64,000 nt of DNA from Ophelia neglecta (Eukaryota): NCBI GenBank assembly GCA_965285935.1, contig OZ260666.1:67828001-67892000 (forward strand), read 5' to 3'. Numbering within the stretch: position 1 is the stretch's first letter; each line of letters opens with the position of its first letter. The translations under genes and the position numbers were made by a program. The notes below the pieces were generated by a model. That model ran no database searches. It saw only the letters and a list, made by a program, of their open reading frames with translations, and was not told the DNA's origin. Positions 1 through 13,941 of the stretch are shown here, in pieces.

Positions 1-1359
1 TAATGGGTCCTTGTGGTTCTCTGGTAAATGATCTTAAACTATATTGACCTTGACCTTTTGTTTTGTCATGGGCACATTTAAAAAAAACAGTTTTTCATTA
101 AACAGACAGTTAGTGAGATAATTGGCAAATATTTAAAGACGCAACGATCATGACTATGACACTGTTTGAAGGTTAAATCTGCTTATTGGTTTTCGACAAC
201 ATAACTGGGGATTTATTTGGTGAGGATTTATCACATTCTTACATGATCATGTGTCCAAATTCTAATGAAATAGGCCTACATCACAACAATATATCCATTG
301 ATATCACATGTTCATGATCAACGTGAACCACTACTGTATTTCAGTAAATTCAACTGCTAGGATGGTAAATTAAGTCTTATTTATTAGGCGTTCATGGGTG
401 GGTAGGCCAAAATACATCATGGTCAATGCAGCTAATCACCCCTGGCGATAAACCAGATTTTTTGTCTTTTTGAATCACTTAATGTATGTTTCACTCCATT
501 TAATCTGGGATCATTTGATTTTTTCATTTCTACCTGTTAACAAATTTGCAAAGGACTCATATAAAGCCAAATCAAGGGATTTACTAGACAAATGTGACGC
601 TTCCTTTCCCTGGGACCCCCACCCCAAAAAAAAAAGAAATCAGTATAATTGTTATCATTTCAATTTCCTTATCCGTCACTTTTATTTGTGAACTTGTGAT
701 GATTAAATTAATGCGAAAGCCTATGTTTTTTTCATGTCACTTGTTTAAAGCCATGTGCTAATGAAAAGAAAGAAAATATATCACAATCAGTTTTAGCATG
801 AAAGCAAACAACAATTGCAAAAAAGCTTTACGATTTTCTTTGCAAGTCAAACAAACTTAAAACTTAGCCACATTATACAATTCTTCCAAAAAACGACACA
901 GAATCTTTAAAGGCGTAGCCCGGAAAAATATATTTATAAAGTGATATAGCATTTTGATCAGAACATATCACTTATCAAATAAGCCACATTTCAAAAGGCT
1001 GTCATGGGAAGTGAGCATAGTAAAACTTGGCCTTTAGTTAAGCGTTACGTATTAGTTAACTATAAACAGACTTTCCAATCCATGCTGCATTCGAACATTT
1101 TTTTCTGAAAAAATACTCCATGATACACAAAAGGACGACCCGCTTTAATACTGGTGTTAAGCTGGTACAATTAGCAAAATTCGTGTTTATTACGTAATTC
1201 GCGACAGAAATGCAGCTTGCGAAAAGTTCCTGCTTGACGCTTTTTGATCTGATTAAAGTACACATGGAACTTTTATCAGAAAGTACGGGACGCTTACGTC
1301 TATGTCTCGTGTGGGAGATCGATCCCTGCATGTGTCTATAACTGTAAAAATAACCTCAC

Positions 1360-1836
1360 CCTTCTGTTAAGAATCCCCGTGTGAATAGATACTCCTCCAC
1401 ATCCTTGCTGTCTACTTTCGCTAATTTCCCCGAGTAGTAGGTATCACAACCACTAACCGAACTGCCTTGATGATACGTTCCAGTGCTCTGTCGATAACAC
1501 ACACCCGTGCTAGGCCTACAACACCATTGAGTCTTCACTACAAAACGTAAATTGATATAGTGAAACATCTTTAAAGCAAGTCCCGCTCAGTATATTTGAA
1601 CAGATTTTCCACGTTTTTTGCTAAATAACTGACCATGATTTTTCTTTTGACTAATGTTTTCACAACTGAAAACTAAGCATTGACATGGTGCTTGCATTAC
1701 AAAAAGGAATTATTTTAAAAAGTACGGGACATTTTATTGCACGATTTTTGTACTTGTCTGGAAGTCTTCTTCCTTCAGATAAAATACACTTACCGAAAGG
1801 CAGAAAGCTGATGAGCAAAACAAAATGGGATCCCAT
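1360..1836 (-). CDS. Paralog 0 (5' part): signal peptide plus first half of a C-type lectin domain; rest of gene not found, probably left of the window
   Basis: Exon 1836-1794 MGSHFVLLISFLPF ends at G|gtaagt. Exon 1537-1360 reads (V)KTQWCCRPSTGVCYRQ...CDTYYSGKLAKVDSKDVEEYLFTRGFLTEG|gtgag. Same phase-1/phase-2 boundaries and CY..C...G.La.v.s.e...l pattern as the first lectin exon of paralogs B and D. Confidence 0.75.
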
Positions 1837-2614
1837 AGTGCGTATAATCCTGTCAGTCAATGGTAAAAGGACTAACCTACTCAAATTCTACCTAGTCCCA
1901 AGTGTAAGTGAGATAAATAACGGAACACATATACTGGGTAATCAATTGACACTGGAATTCATAAATTTACGGAAAGTATGTCGGAAGGCATTTTAAAGGT
2001 AATCAATACGTGTAGGGAAAAATGTTAGAAAATACAACGACGTGACTATAAGCGTTATTCATAAACGTATGAAAAGGCGGATTCCATATCCACAGGAAAT
2101 ACATGCTACGAATCAATAGCCGGACATGTTTGCTTTCTGAAACTGGAAATATAAATCGACAGTTCTATGTGAGACAAATCCCAGAGTAAATAGCAACAAA
2201 CAGAGGATCTTACTATATTTATACTGCGTCTACATGAAATCGACAAATAGTTCGACAGCCACCGACTGTCTTTGCGTTTTCTATACATAACTAATGATCT
2301 TACTTTTTGTTCAGCTAGTCTAAATCTTATAAGATTCCAAAAAGAAGTTATAATTAAGTGAGGGCTTGTTTTATGAAAAAATTACCCCATTGAATATAAA
2401 AGTCTGCGCGAACAAACTTTTATATGTATTGCCGTTCGCGCAGCTATTCACCAGCCGACACATATTCAACCTCTCTGTTAACCACTCACAACACTACGCC
2501 AGGCCCAGGCCCTCCATTTACCCTGGGTCATCTCATGGTGTACCTATCCGATGCTGGTTTAAAAAGTCTAAACCTTCAGTGTTTTGTTCCGAAGTGGAGA
2601 TCTGTGTAGATTAA

Positions 2615-3238
2615 ACCTAATTTTATTGAATATATTAACTGCCAGCTTGCGGTTATTACATCGGTTCAAGTTTTCGTACTGCCTTGAAGAGAACTTGCTA
2701 AACTCAAACTGAGTCTCTGGAAATGTAGGTTCCTGCCTGATCGTGTTATTTCCTCTGGTATTCTTGATATCCAAGCCGACACTGATATATATTCCTCGAT
2801 TGCTGCTTGTTCAAAATAAGTGATTGAGTATATGAATCTTTTGTACTTGTAATCTCATCTGAAGTCCTTTTTTTTTTATAACGGAACAACCGTTTTGTCA
2901 AATGTGTCAGATGAAATTGCCTCTGTCGTCAGAGATGTGGTTCCCGCCTTCGCAGATTTCATTGTAATTTCTGAAGCGGAAGCACTTTGGGAAATGGTAG
3001 CTGTTTCAAGAGTAATGGTTGAGAGGATTTTATTCGTATGAGTAGTTTCTAAATGCGACACTATTTTGCTTGTGGTAATATAAAGCAGTAACTAAGATGG
3101 TCGTTAAATCTTTAAAGGGCGTGGACGCATCATTCGCTATCAGTATCCCTGAGAACGAAAACGATGATTCGGAGGTAGACGGAAGTGGCTCTGTGGACGC
3201 AGGTGCCAATGTATACAAGGGAGGACACAATGGAAAGA
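2615..3238 (-). pseudogene. Decayed mucin-stalk exon of an additional paralog
   Basis: Phase-1 acceptor ttttaag|TC opens VFPLCPPLYTLAPASTEPLPSTS. The S/T-rich text continues only by changing frame (ORFs 3030-3230, 2876-3061, 2568-2774). Contains TEAISSD (cf. TEAISND in gene A) and PTFPE...C (cf. TTFPEGNC in gene D). Confidence 0.55.
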
Positions 3239-3741
3239 CTTAAAATTAACGTTGTGCGATGCAAAACACTTCTGATTTTAAATTCTTGAATTTCAGATAA
3301 GAACGCAATAATTCGTATAACTATATCCTTTTACTTGGTAAAACAGAAAAATGAACAATGATCCTTTCTTAAGCAAAAACACGAGTAAAATATGAGCACA
3401 CCTCTTTCTTTTTAATAGAACATCTGCAGCATGCATTTTACAAAATGAAAGAAACACTATACAATATTGAAATATCTAATAATTTGATATTTATTACCTC
3501 AGAAGATAACTTCCGAAAAATAAAACCCAGTACGAATGAAGACAGCAGAGCATCGTTAATCATGTAAACAGGTTTCATTGCCGAAGGATATACATTCAAG
3601 TTATTTCCTTCATTCATTGTTACAACGTCTCATTTGCAAACTTAATTTAAATTAAAATAAATGAAGGATGAATACAGAGCCCAAATTATTCGATTTTTAT
3701 AATAACGATTGTCAATTGCATGCAATCAATACGCTAGTTGA

Positions 3742-6700
3742 CTAAACTATAAATACATGCCTTCTCCTCCCATTCCGATACAATGCTTTTGTACTTTTTC
3801 TTTTCATTTTACAAGACACGATGTCTAGGCCTAAAACAATAACACAACATGCAATCATGAATATGATACCAACTGTGCCAGTAAACACAGCAGTAGGTCT
3901 ACAGTCCGCTTTGGTCAAGGAAGCCGTTAAAACATTTTTCACAGTTTTCCCTTTCGATGGCATATCTGAAATAATAATAGTTATTCTTAGTCATTGTATT
4001 TGCTTTTATGCCGTATGGATTGACAGCTTATGTTATAATTAATCAATTTTTACTTTTACATAATGTGGTCAAAATAAAAGTGCAATAATCGATTACAATT
4101 ATTACGGCATAACTTTTCCCAATAAGGTCTATTTTGTATCAGCAATATATTGTACAGGGCCGTGCGTTCCTGTACGCAGTGGCACATTTCCTTTCTTTAC
4201 CTTCCTTGCTTGTGATGTTGACATTACATGTCTCTTCACAAAAGCGATGTTTGCTTTCGGAGAGACAGGAGTTGTCTTTCGTGATACATTTGCGACTTCT
4301 GGCCTGGGACTGAAATCCTCTTCCACATGTTGTTGAGCACGGTCCCCAAGAGAACCACTCCGACCATGGCTCATCACATGGACTTGTGTTACATGTCCTG
4401 CCATCTACTAACAGGGCTGAAAAAGGTGTGTTAGAAAGCAAAATATATCCCATATTGAAGCCCCGATATTTTACCAATATATAATTCTCATTACCTTATA
4501 AGTGAGTGGGCCATTTTCCACTTTTAGTGATTTGTTATTCTTTCCGAAACCTATTTTATATTTATAATTAATTTTCGTCTATGGGTCATATAGCAAAATA
4601 TTAACACCTATGTGGGCTTTCTTTGAGATCCAGGTCACCTCCAAATCATTAACGCACTCTGTTGAGATTTGACAGAATCTTACTCTGCGCTGGTACCCGG
4701 CATTGCATGTCTTACTGCATACATTCCACGCGGTCCATTGACACCAAGTAATGGCTGTTAACGTAAGATTAACACATTAAACTATAGGTCCATTGTGATA
4801 ATGAACGACTTAGAAACAATTATACTTTTAAATACAATACAAAAATAACAATGACATATTTTCAATTCAATTAACGCTGTTCTATCGCAATTTTTTGTCG
4901 CAAATAAAGATATGCAAAAGAAGTGAACATAAGAGTTGCCTATTGAAAAGGTTAAATGTACACGTACTAATAAATTTTTTATATATATTTCAAGCAAAGT
5001 TCAAATTGGATAATTTGACTATCTATAGCTTGGGCAAGTTCTTGTCAAAAAATGCAATTTTAGATAAGAAAGTTATGATTGGTAACCGAACGCTCGCATA
5101 CTTTCAAGTTTTACCCACCTTTTAATGTCCAAATCGACGGTAGAGGTTCTGTATATTTGTCAGTATAACAATCCATTGAGGCGGAGCTGCTTTCAGCCCT
5201 CTGTGTATTTTTCGGAATGGTCAATGTATGTGTATTCATCAACGTGAATAGTCTTTTAGTAGTGTTTAAAACTCCAGAGACACTTGTTGATGGTATTGCG
5301 GATGCTACTAGACTTGTTGACATCCTGTCGTTCGAATTCCATGCACTCGTAGTTTCCAACTTAGAATAAGCCACTTTGCTTGCGGAAGTAGGTGTGTCCC
5401 CTGATGCAGATATAGTGCTAGTAATCGATGGAAACGAATCTGTATTTGTAGGTATAACTGAAAGAGCAATTGCATTTCCAGTTGTCCTTGTCTCAAATAC
5501 TTCAATGGAGGGAGTGGCACTAGGAACATCTTGAGATTCTGTGATTGTCGAGACTTGGTCGTCAGATGTCACCGACACCTGTTGTTGTGCCGTAAGCCCA
5601 ATATCCGAGTTCGTATCAATTTGTGTTACAGTATTTAAAACCGTGGTGTAATTTTGGGGTATAGTATATATATCAGTAGACCATGCAGTACTGGTTGTAT
5701 TTTTAACCAATACATCGAAATCACTCGTTGTGTTCTGATTCATCACATTCACTGTGTCGGGTGTGCTCGTTACATCTGCAGTGCTTACATCAATCTGGCC
5801 AGATACATTTTCTGCAATTGTTTGGCTCTGGTAAGAGACAGTTGACGGAATTATTTCAACGTGGCTCGATGTATTTTGTATATTTATATTGAAATGATCC
5901 GTTGTGTTCTGATTCATTGTATCAATCGCAAGTGATGTGTTTTGAATGCTATTCAATGTAACCATCTGATTGGATGAATTGTGATTAATTGTATCATTCT
6001 GGCCCAATATATCTTGAGTAATTGATTCGATCTGGCTCGTTGTATTTTGCATAAGTGTAATGAGATCGTTCGTTGTGTTTGGAGTGATGGTATCAATCGC
6101 GCTCGGTGAGTTTCCGGTCGGGCTATTGGTAGTGTCTAATTGGCTCAATGAGTTGGGAGTAAATGTATCATTTTGACCCGTGGTAGTTTGAGTACTTGCT
6201 CCAAACTGACTCAATATATTTTGAGTTATGGTATCTAACTGGTCCGATGTATCTTGACCAATGGTTCCAATGTGCTCTGTCGTAGTTTGAGCAGTTGTAT
6301 CATCATGGACCGTAATATCTGTATTCATTTTAATTGGATTTTGTGATTCTGATAGTGGGGAGTCTGGGTCATCTGATGACATTGGTTTAGTATATACATC
6401 GGTAGACCATGCAATACTGTTTGTACTTTTAACCAATACAACGTAATCACTCGTTGTGTTCTGACTCATAACATTCATTGTTTCCGGTTTGCTCGTTGCA
6501 TCTGCAGTGCTTACATCAATCTGGCCCGATACATTTTCGGCGTTTGTTTGGCCTTCGAACGATACAGTAGGTGGAAGTATTTCAACGTGGCTCGATGTAT
6601 TTTGTAAATTGCGATGATCTGTTGTGTTCTGATTCATTGTAACAATCGCAAGTGATGTGTTTTGAATGCTATTTAATGTAACCAACTGATTGGATGAATT

Positions 6701-9700
6701 GTGATAAATTTTCTCAGTCATTGATTCGATCTGGCTCGTTGTATTTTGCATAAGTGTATTGAGTTTGTTCGTTGTGTTTTGAGTGATGGTATCAATCGCA
6801 CTCGGTGAGTTTCCGGTCGGGCTATTGGTAGTGTCAAATTGGCTCAATGTGTTGGGAGAAAATGTATCATTTTGACCCGTGGTAGTTTGAGTAATTGCTT
6901 CAAACTGACTCGATATATTTTGAGTTATTGTATCTAACTGATCCGATGGATCTTGACCAGTGGTTCCAATGTGCCCCGTCGTAGTTTGAGCAGTTGTATC
7001 ATCCTGGACCGTAATATCTGTATTCAGTCTAGTTGGATTCTGTGATTGTGATACTGGGGGGACTGGGTCATCTGATGACATTGGTATAAGTTCAGCGGTC
7101 GTAAGCGCAAAGTCCGAGTTTGTATTAATTTTCGATGTAGTATTTAAAACCGTGGTGTCGTTTCGGGGTTTAGTATATACATCGGTAGACCATGCTGTAC
7201 GGGTTGTATTTTTAACCAATGCATCGAAATCACTCATTGTGTTCTGATTCATCACATTCATTGTTTCCGGTTTGCTCGTTGCATCTGCAGTGCTTACCTC
7301 AATATGGCCCGATACATTTTCGGAATTTGATTGGCTCTGGAACGATACAGTTGACGGAGTTATTTCAACTTGGCTCGATGTATTTTGTATAGTGAGATGA
7401 TCCGTTGTGTTCAGATTTATTGTAACCATCGCAAGTGATGTGTTTTGAAGCTTGCTATTTAATGTAACCATCCGATTGGACGCATTGTGATTAATTGTAT
7501 CATTCTGGCCCAATATATCTTGAGTAATTGATTCGATCTGGCTCGTCGTATTTTGCGTAAGTGTATTGAGATGGTTCGTTGTGTTTTGAGTAATGGTGTC
7601 AATCGCACTTGGTGAGTTTCCGGTCGGGCTATTGGTAGTGTCAAATTGGCTCAATGTGTTGGGAGTAAATGTATCATTTTGACCCGTGGTAGTTTGAGTA
7701 ATTGCTCCAAACTGACTCGATATATTTTGAGTTATAGTTTGTAACTGGTCCGTTGTATCTTGACCAATGGTTTCATTGTGCCCCGTCGTAATTTGAGCAG
7801 TTGTATCAACATGGACCGTAATATCCGTATTCATTTCAGTTGGATTCTGTGATTGTGATACTGGGGAGACTGGGTCATCTGATGACATTGGTATAAGTTC
7901 AGCGGTCGTAAGTGCAAAGTCAGAGTTTGTATTAATTTGCGATGTAGTATTTAAAACCGTGGTGTCGTTTTGGGGTTTAGTATATACATCAGTAGACCAT
8001 GGAATACTGGTTGTATTTGTAACCAATACATCGAAATCACTGGTTGTGTTCTGATTCATCACATTCATTGTTTCCGGTTTGCTCGTTGCATCTGCAGTGC
8101 TCACATCCACCAAGCCCGATACATTTTCTGCAATTGTTTGGCTCTGGTAAGAGACAGTTGACGGAATTATTTCAACGTGGCTCGATGTATTTTGTATTGT
8201 TATATTGAGATGATCCGTTGTGTTCTGATTCATTGTAACAATCGCAAGTGATGTGTTTTGAATGCTATTCAATGTAACCATATGATTGGATGAATTGTGA
8301 TTATTTGTATCATTCTGGCCCAATATATCTTGAGTAATTGATTCGATCTGGCTCGTTGTATTTTGCATAAGTGTAATGAGATCGTTCGTTGTGTTTGGAG
8401 TAATGGTATCAATCTCACTTGGTGATTTTCCGGTCGGGCTATTGGTAGTGTTAAATTGGCTAAAAGTTTTGGGAGTAAATGTATCATTTTGACTCGTGCT
8501 AGTTTGAGTACTTGCTCCAAACTGACTCAATATATTTTGAGTTATTGTATCTAACTGATCCGATGGATCTTGACCAGTGGTTCCAATGTGCCCCGTCGTA
8601 GTTTGAGCAGTAGTATCATCCTGGACCGTAATATCTGTATTCAGTCTAGTTGGATTCTGTGATTGTGATACTGGGGGGACTGGGTCATCTGATGACATTG
8701 GTATAAGTTCAGCGGTCGTAAGCGCAAAGTCCGAGTTTGTATTAATTTGCGATGTAGTATTTAAAACCGTGGTGTCGTTTTGGGGTTTAGTATATACATC
8801 AGTAGACCATTCAGTATTGGTTGTATTTTTAACCAATACAACGAAATCACTGGTTGTGTTCTGATTCATCACATTCATTGTTTCCGGTTTGCTCGTTGCA
8901 TCTGCAGTGCTTACATCAATCTGGCCAGGTACATTTTCTGCAATTGTTTGGCTCTGGTAAGAGACAGTTGACGGAATTATTTCAACGGGGCTCGATGTAT
9001 TTTGTATTGTTATATTGAGATGATCCGTTGTGTTCTGGTTCATTGTAACCATCGCAAGTGATGTGTTTTGAATGCTATTCAATGTAACCATGTGATTGGA
9101 TGAATTGTGATTAATTGTATCATTCTGGCCCAATATATCTTGAGTAATTGATTCGATCTGGCTCGTTGTATTTTTCATAAGTGTAATGAGATCGTTCGTT
9201 GTGTTTGGAGTAATGGTATCAATCGCGCTCGGCGAGTTTCCGGTCGGGCTATTGGTAGTGTCAAATTGGCTCAATGTGTTGGGAGTAAATGTATCATTTT
9301 GACCCGTGGTAGTTTGAGTAATTGCTCCAAACTGACTCGATATATTTTGAGTTATAGTTTGTAATTGGTCCGTTGTATCTTGACCAATGGTTTTATTGTG
9401 CCCCGTCGTAATTTGAGCAGTTGTGCCAACATGGACCGTAATATCCGTATTCATTTCAGTTGGATTCTGTGATTGTGTAGTTGGCGGGACTGGGTCGTCT
9501 GATGGCTCAGGTATAAGTTCAGCGGTCGACAGCGCAAAATCCGATTTTGTATTTATTTGCGATATATTTAAAACCGTGGTGTTGTTTTTGGGTTTAGTAT
9601 ATACATCGGTAGACCATGCAATACTGTTTGTACTTTTAACCAATACAACGAAATCACTCGTTGTGTTCTGATTCATCACATTCATTGTTTCCGGTTTGCT

Positions 9701-12700
9701 CGTTGCATCTGCAGTGCTTACATCCAACTGGCCCGATACATTTTCGGCGTTTGTTTGGCCTTCGAACGATACAGTAGGTGGAAGTATTTCAATGTGGCTC
9801 GATGTATTTTGTAAATTGCGATGATCCGTTGTGTTCTGATTCATTGTAACAATCGCAAGTGATGTGTTTTGAATGCTATTTAATGTAACCATCTGATTGG
9901 ATGAATTGTGATAAATTTTCTCAGTCATTGATTCGATCTGGCTCGTTGTATTTTGCATAAGTGTATTGAGTTTGTTCGTTGTGTTTTGAGTGATGGTATC
10001 AATCGCACTCGGTGAGTTTCCGGTCGGGCTATTGGTAGTGTCAAATTGGCTCAATGTGTTGGGAGTAAATGTATCATTTTGACCCGTGGTAGTTTGAGTA
10101 ATTGCTCCAAACTGACTCGATATATTTTGAGTTATTGTATTAAACTGGTCCGTTGTATCTTGACCAATGGTTCCAATGTGGCCCGTCGTTGTTTGAGCAG
10201 TGGTTTCAACCTGGACCGTAATCTTGGTATTCACTCTAGTTGAATTCTGTGATTGTGTAGTTGGCGGGACTGGGTCATCTGATGGCATAAGTTCAGCCGT
10301 CGTTAAGGCAAATCCCGAGTTCGTACCAATTTGCAATATAGTATTCGAAAACATACTGTCATTTTGGATAGGAGTATATCGGGAACTTGAATCGGTGGAC
10401 CATGCCGTATCGGTTGTATTTTCAACCAATGTATCGAACTCACTCGTTGTGTTTTGAGTCATCGTTTTGAGTGTATTAGTTTTGCTTGTAGTATCTCGAG
10501 TGATTCCATCAACGTGGTCCGAAGTATTTCGTGCAATTGTATCGCTGTGGAACGATACATTTTGAGGAATTATTTCAATATGACTCGATGTATTTTGATG
10601 TATTGTATTAATCGCACTTGGTGAGTTTGAGGCCGTACTATTGATAGTATCAAATTGGGTCGATGTGCTGGGAGTAATCGTATCTTTTTGGCCCGTCGTA
10701 TTTTGAGGAATTGTTCCAATCTGACCCAATATATCTAACTGGTCCGATGTATTTAGAGCAATGGTTTCAATCCACCCCGTCGTAATTTGAGTAGTTCTAT
10801 CAAGCTGGTCCGTTATATTTGGATTCAGTGTAGTTGGACTCGTCTGTAGTAATGTGCCACTCTCTGCCGTGGTTTGATTGAATACCTTTGTACTATAAAC
10901 TTCAGACTGATTGTTATAGAAGCCTCTGGAAGTGGATTGCTCTTCTGTCGTCTCCGTTTGTATTTTAGTTGATTGCTGTGAGAATATGGTGCGGGATATG
11001 CGGGAAGACAATTTACCATTTGAACTATTATCTGACTCATTTTGAGTAGTATGCTCCCTTAAATCAGTGAAGGCGCTGTCATTTGAGATTGCCTCAGTCA
11101 TTGAAGGTGATATGACTGAAGATGTTTCATAAATGTGTGGCATTGGGGTATAAGTACTTTGGCCATAAGGGATGTTTAGAGTAGAGGTTGGATTATTTTG
11201 AGTCCCCGTAGTGGCCGACGAAATACGTTCTGTAACAGTGGAAGCCGAATTAGAAATAGCTGGAAATATCTCTGGCAGAGGAGTAAATGCTCCAGGAGCG
11301 TTGTTAGGATTAGGGTGTAATCCCAATTTCAGTGTGGATCTGAACGTGGATGATGCTATAGTTGATTTAGGCATTTCGAATGCCGGGCGTGTTGAATTTA
11401 TATATTTCGTTGTTATCGGGCTATCAGTCGCTTTCGTTTCTAATAAGGTTTTATTTGATGCTGTTACTGGCAATGTTGTTAGATTCGAATTTCTAGATTG
11501 AGTCCAATGAGTACTGTTAGCATGTGTTGTCACCAATGTGCTAGTATTGCTTTCATCTGACAAAGGTAGGAAAGTATTTAGATTTGAGGTTGAACCAGTT
11601 TTTGAAACCGAGGCTGTGTCAATGGATACTGATGTTTGATCGTAAGTTGTTGATATATTCAAAGTGTGTCCTGCTTGGTGTGACAGCCGGTTGGTCGGAG
11701 GAGTTATCGTCAAATAACCCCCTGTAGGGCTTGAATCCTGGTCAGATGTGTCTGTAGAGACAACAATAGCCTCTATACTAGCTGAGTGCTGATTGGCTGT
11801 AGCTAGTTGAGTTATATGGTTATTGGTGCTAGGTCTATCCTGATTAGTTGCCAACATAGATATTACTGGTTCTGAGAGAGTAGACACGCCTTTATTGGTT
11901 GTAACTATTGACGTTGTAGAATCCCCGATAATAGGAGAATGCTGATTGGTTGTTACTTCCGAAATCATATAGTGTCCACTACTGGGAAACTCTTGATTTG
12001 TTGTTTGAACTGGTGCTATTACATTCCCGATACTAGAAGTGTGGTGATCAGTTGTAAATACTGAAGTTATAGTATCCCGGATATTAGGTTCAACCTGATT
12101 GGTTGTATATTTTCGCGTCAGAAGGTCCCCGATTTCAGTGGAATGTGGGTTGGTTGTCACTATTTCTGTTATAAGGTTATTGGCGCTAGAATTCATCATT
12201 GGTTCTGTGTTAGCAGGAGCGTACGTGTTGGTTGTTGTTATCGTTCTTAGATACTGCCCAATACTAGATAAGTCCTGATTGTATGTGACTGTTGGAGACA
12301 TAGTGTCCCTGATACTAGGCGAATCTTGATTGGCTGTCACTCCTCTTGTCATAGAGTTTTCGGTACTATGCGAGTCCTGATCACTTGTATCTATTAATGT
12401 CATTACACTCGGTGTCACCATTGGGATTGTTCCTGATGATAATGTAGAATCCGCCTCTGTAAGGGATATGTCCTCCCCGTTATTAGTTGAGTTTTGACTG
12501 GTTGATTCGTTTGGTGTGAACTCCTCCCAAAAAAACGAGTAATTATAAGGCGTTGCTGATGTTGTTCTTCCAACCACAATGTGAGGTGAATTACGGCTAC
12601 TTGTTGATGTCGGGGTATCTAAGCTACTAGGTGAGGTCTGAATAGGTGTGCTCATTGCTTTAGTTTGGTCAATGGTGCTAGGCGACATGTTATTCTTTGT

Positions 12701-13941
12701 GTTTGTGGATGTAAATGGCTCATCAATGCTAGTTGCATCGTGATTGCGGGAGCCAATAGGCATTATTGGGTTCATGATGCCAACTGCATCTTGATTGGTT
12801 GTGGCTATTTGTGCTATTGGGTCAATGATTTCAGTTGTTGGTTTATCCTGATTGGTGGTAAGTGTTGGTGTTATAAGGTCCTTGATACTAGGTGATTGCT
12901 TGTGACTTGTTTCTGTTAATGCTATATCGACCCCGAATTCCGGTGATTGGCCAGTCGTTGCGTCGCTGGATGTAAAATCATCCCCGATGCGAGATGAGTG
13001 CAGATTGGTTGTTGTTGTTAACAGTGCATTAGTGCCGGAGCTGAGTGACTGATTACTAGTAACTATATTTGACGTCATAATGTGTTCGATACTAATTGAA
13101 CTTCGATCAGTGGTCATATAGTTTCCTATACTAGAAGACTGCTGATTGGTCCTTGTGCTGGTCCAGGTGATATCCCCGATATTAGGTGCATCCTGATTGG
13201 TTGTAACCTTTTGTGTTGGCATTGACGTGGCCATGTTATAATAAGAAACGGTTGTTGTGTTTTTAAATATTGATGTCAAAACCGTTTCTGCTGCCTCCAA
13301 CTCTGTCGATACATTTTTATCTGGTGATAATGTAATGTCGGCAGACATAGTTGAAGTGTCCACTGCAGTCAGCGTGGTCAGGTTAGGACTAACGGCCAGA
13401 GCAGTACCCGCTGTCGTAGACACCTGCTCTTCAGAGGAGGGAATTGATTGTGTTGGGTGCTTGGTAGACGCGCTGGATATATCGTCCAAGTCTCGCTCAA
13501 TGGATGGACTAGTTGGGTCTCCAAGGAACAGCAAAATTGGGGGTGGCGAAACGACTGCAAATTTAAACATAATCGGACAACTCTCAAAAACACTCTTGTT
13601 CCAGATACTAATTTATATGTTCAATATAAAGAAACAATTATATAGTTTAGAATGTTTTTTTAATATCAAATGTTTTTTGAGCTATTGCTTTTATGTACCC
13701 CGTAATTTTGAATTCAATATCAAAGATATTATTACCTACATGTAAGCATAATTAAGGCTATTATTGAATACGCACGTGTTACCAAACATAAATGATTTAT
13801 TAGTTTTCCCAAACCAAATTCTTACGGTATGAAAGAATGAAACAATATCATAAATGTAACAAATCAATGACTTATCCTACCTATTTGAACTGTGAAAGCA
13901 CACAATATATTAATAATCATACAGCATCCCCGAAGAGCCAT
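3742..13941 (-). CDS. Paralog A: lectin-less giant mucin-stalk / 2xTSR / transmembrane protein (about 3030 aa)
   Basis: Exons 13941-13881 (MALRGCCMIINILCAFTVQI, G|gtagg), 13554-5119 (8.4-kb open S/T/N/Q-rich exon), 4754-4608 (TWCQWTAWNVCSKTCNAGYQRRVRFC), 4416-4201 (CNTSPCDEPWSEWFSWGPCSTTCGRGFQSQARSRKC) and 3965-3742 (ADCRPTAVFTGTVGIIFMIACCVIVLGLD plus basic tail). All junctions are GT-AG, phase 1 and in frame. Confidence 0.85.
5560..10700 (-). repeat. Coding tandem repeat, about 6 units of ~700-810 bp (~233-270 aa), in the gene A stalk
   Basis: The SDDP/SDDQ-encoding marker recurs at about 5556, 6366, 7065, 7872, 8682, 9492 and 10272. Long blocks are near-identical between units. Confidence 0.9.

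Noticed and set aside
5308-13745. Many short alternative-frame and antisense ORFs over the giant exon, likewise 37312-37740 and those inside both LINEs
   Set aside because: Shadows of repetitive or codon-biased coding sequence on the other strand or frame.
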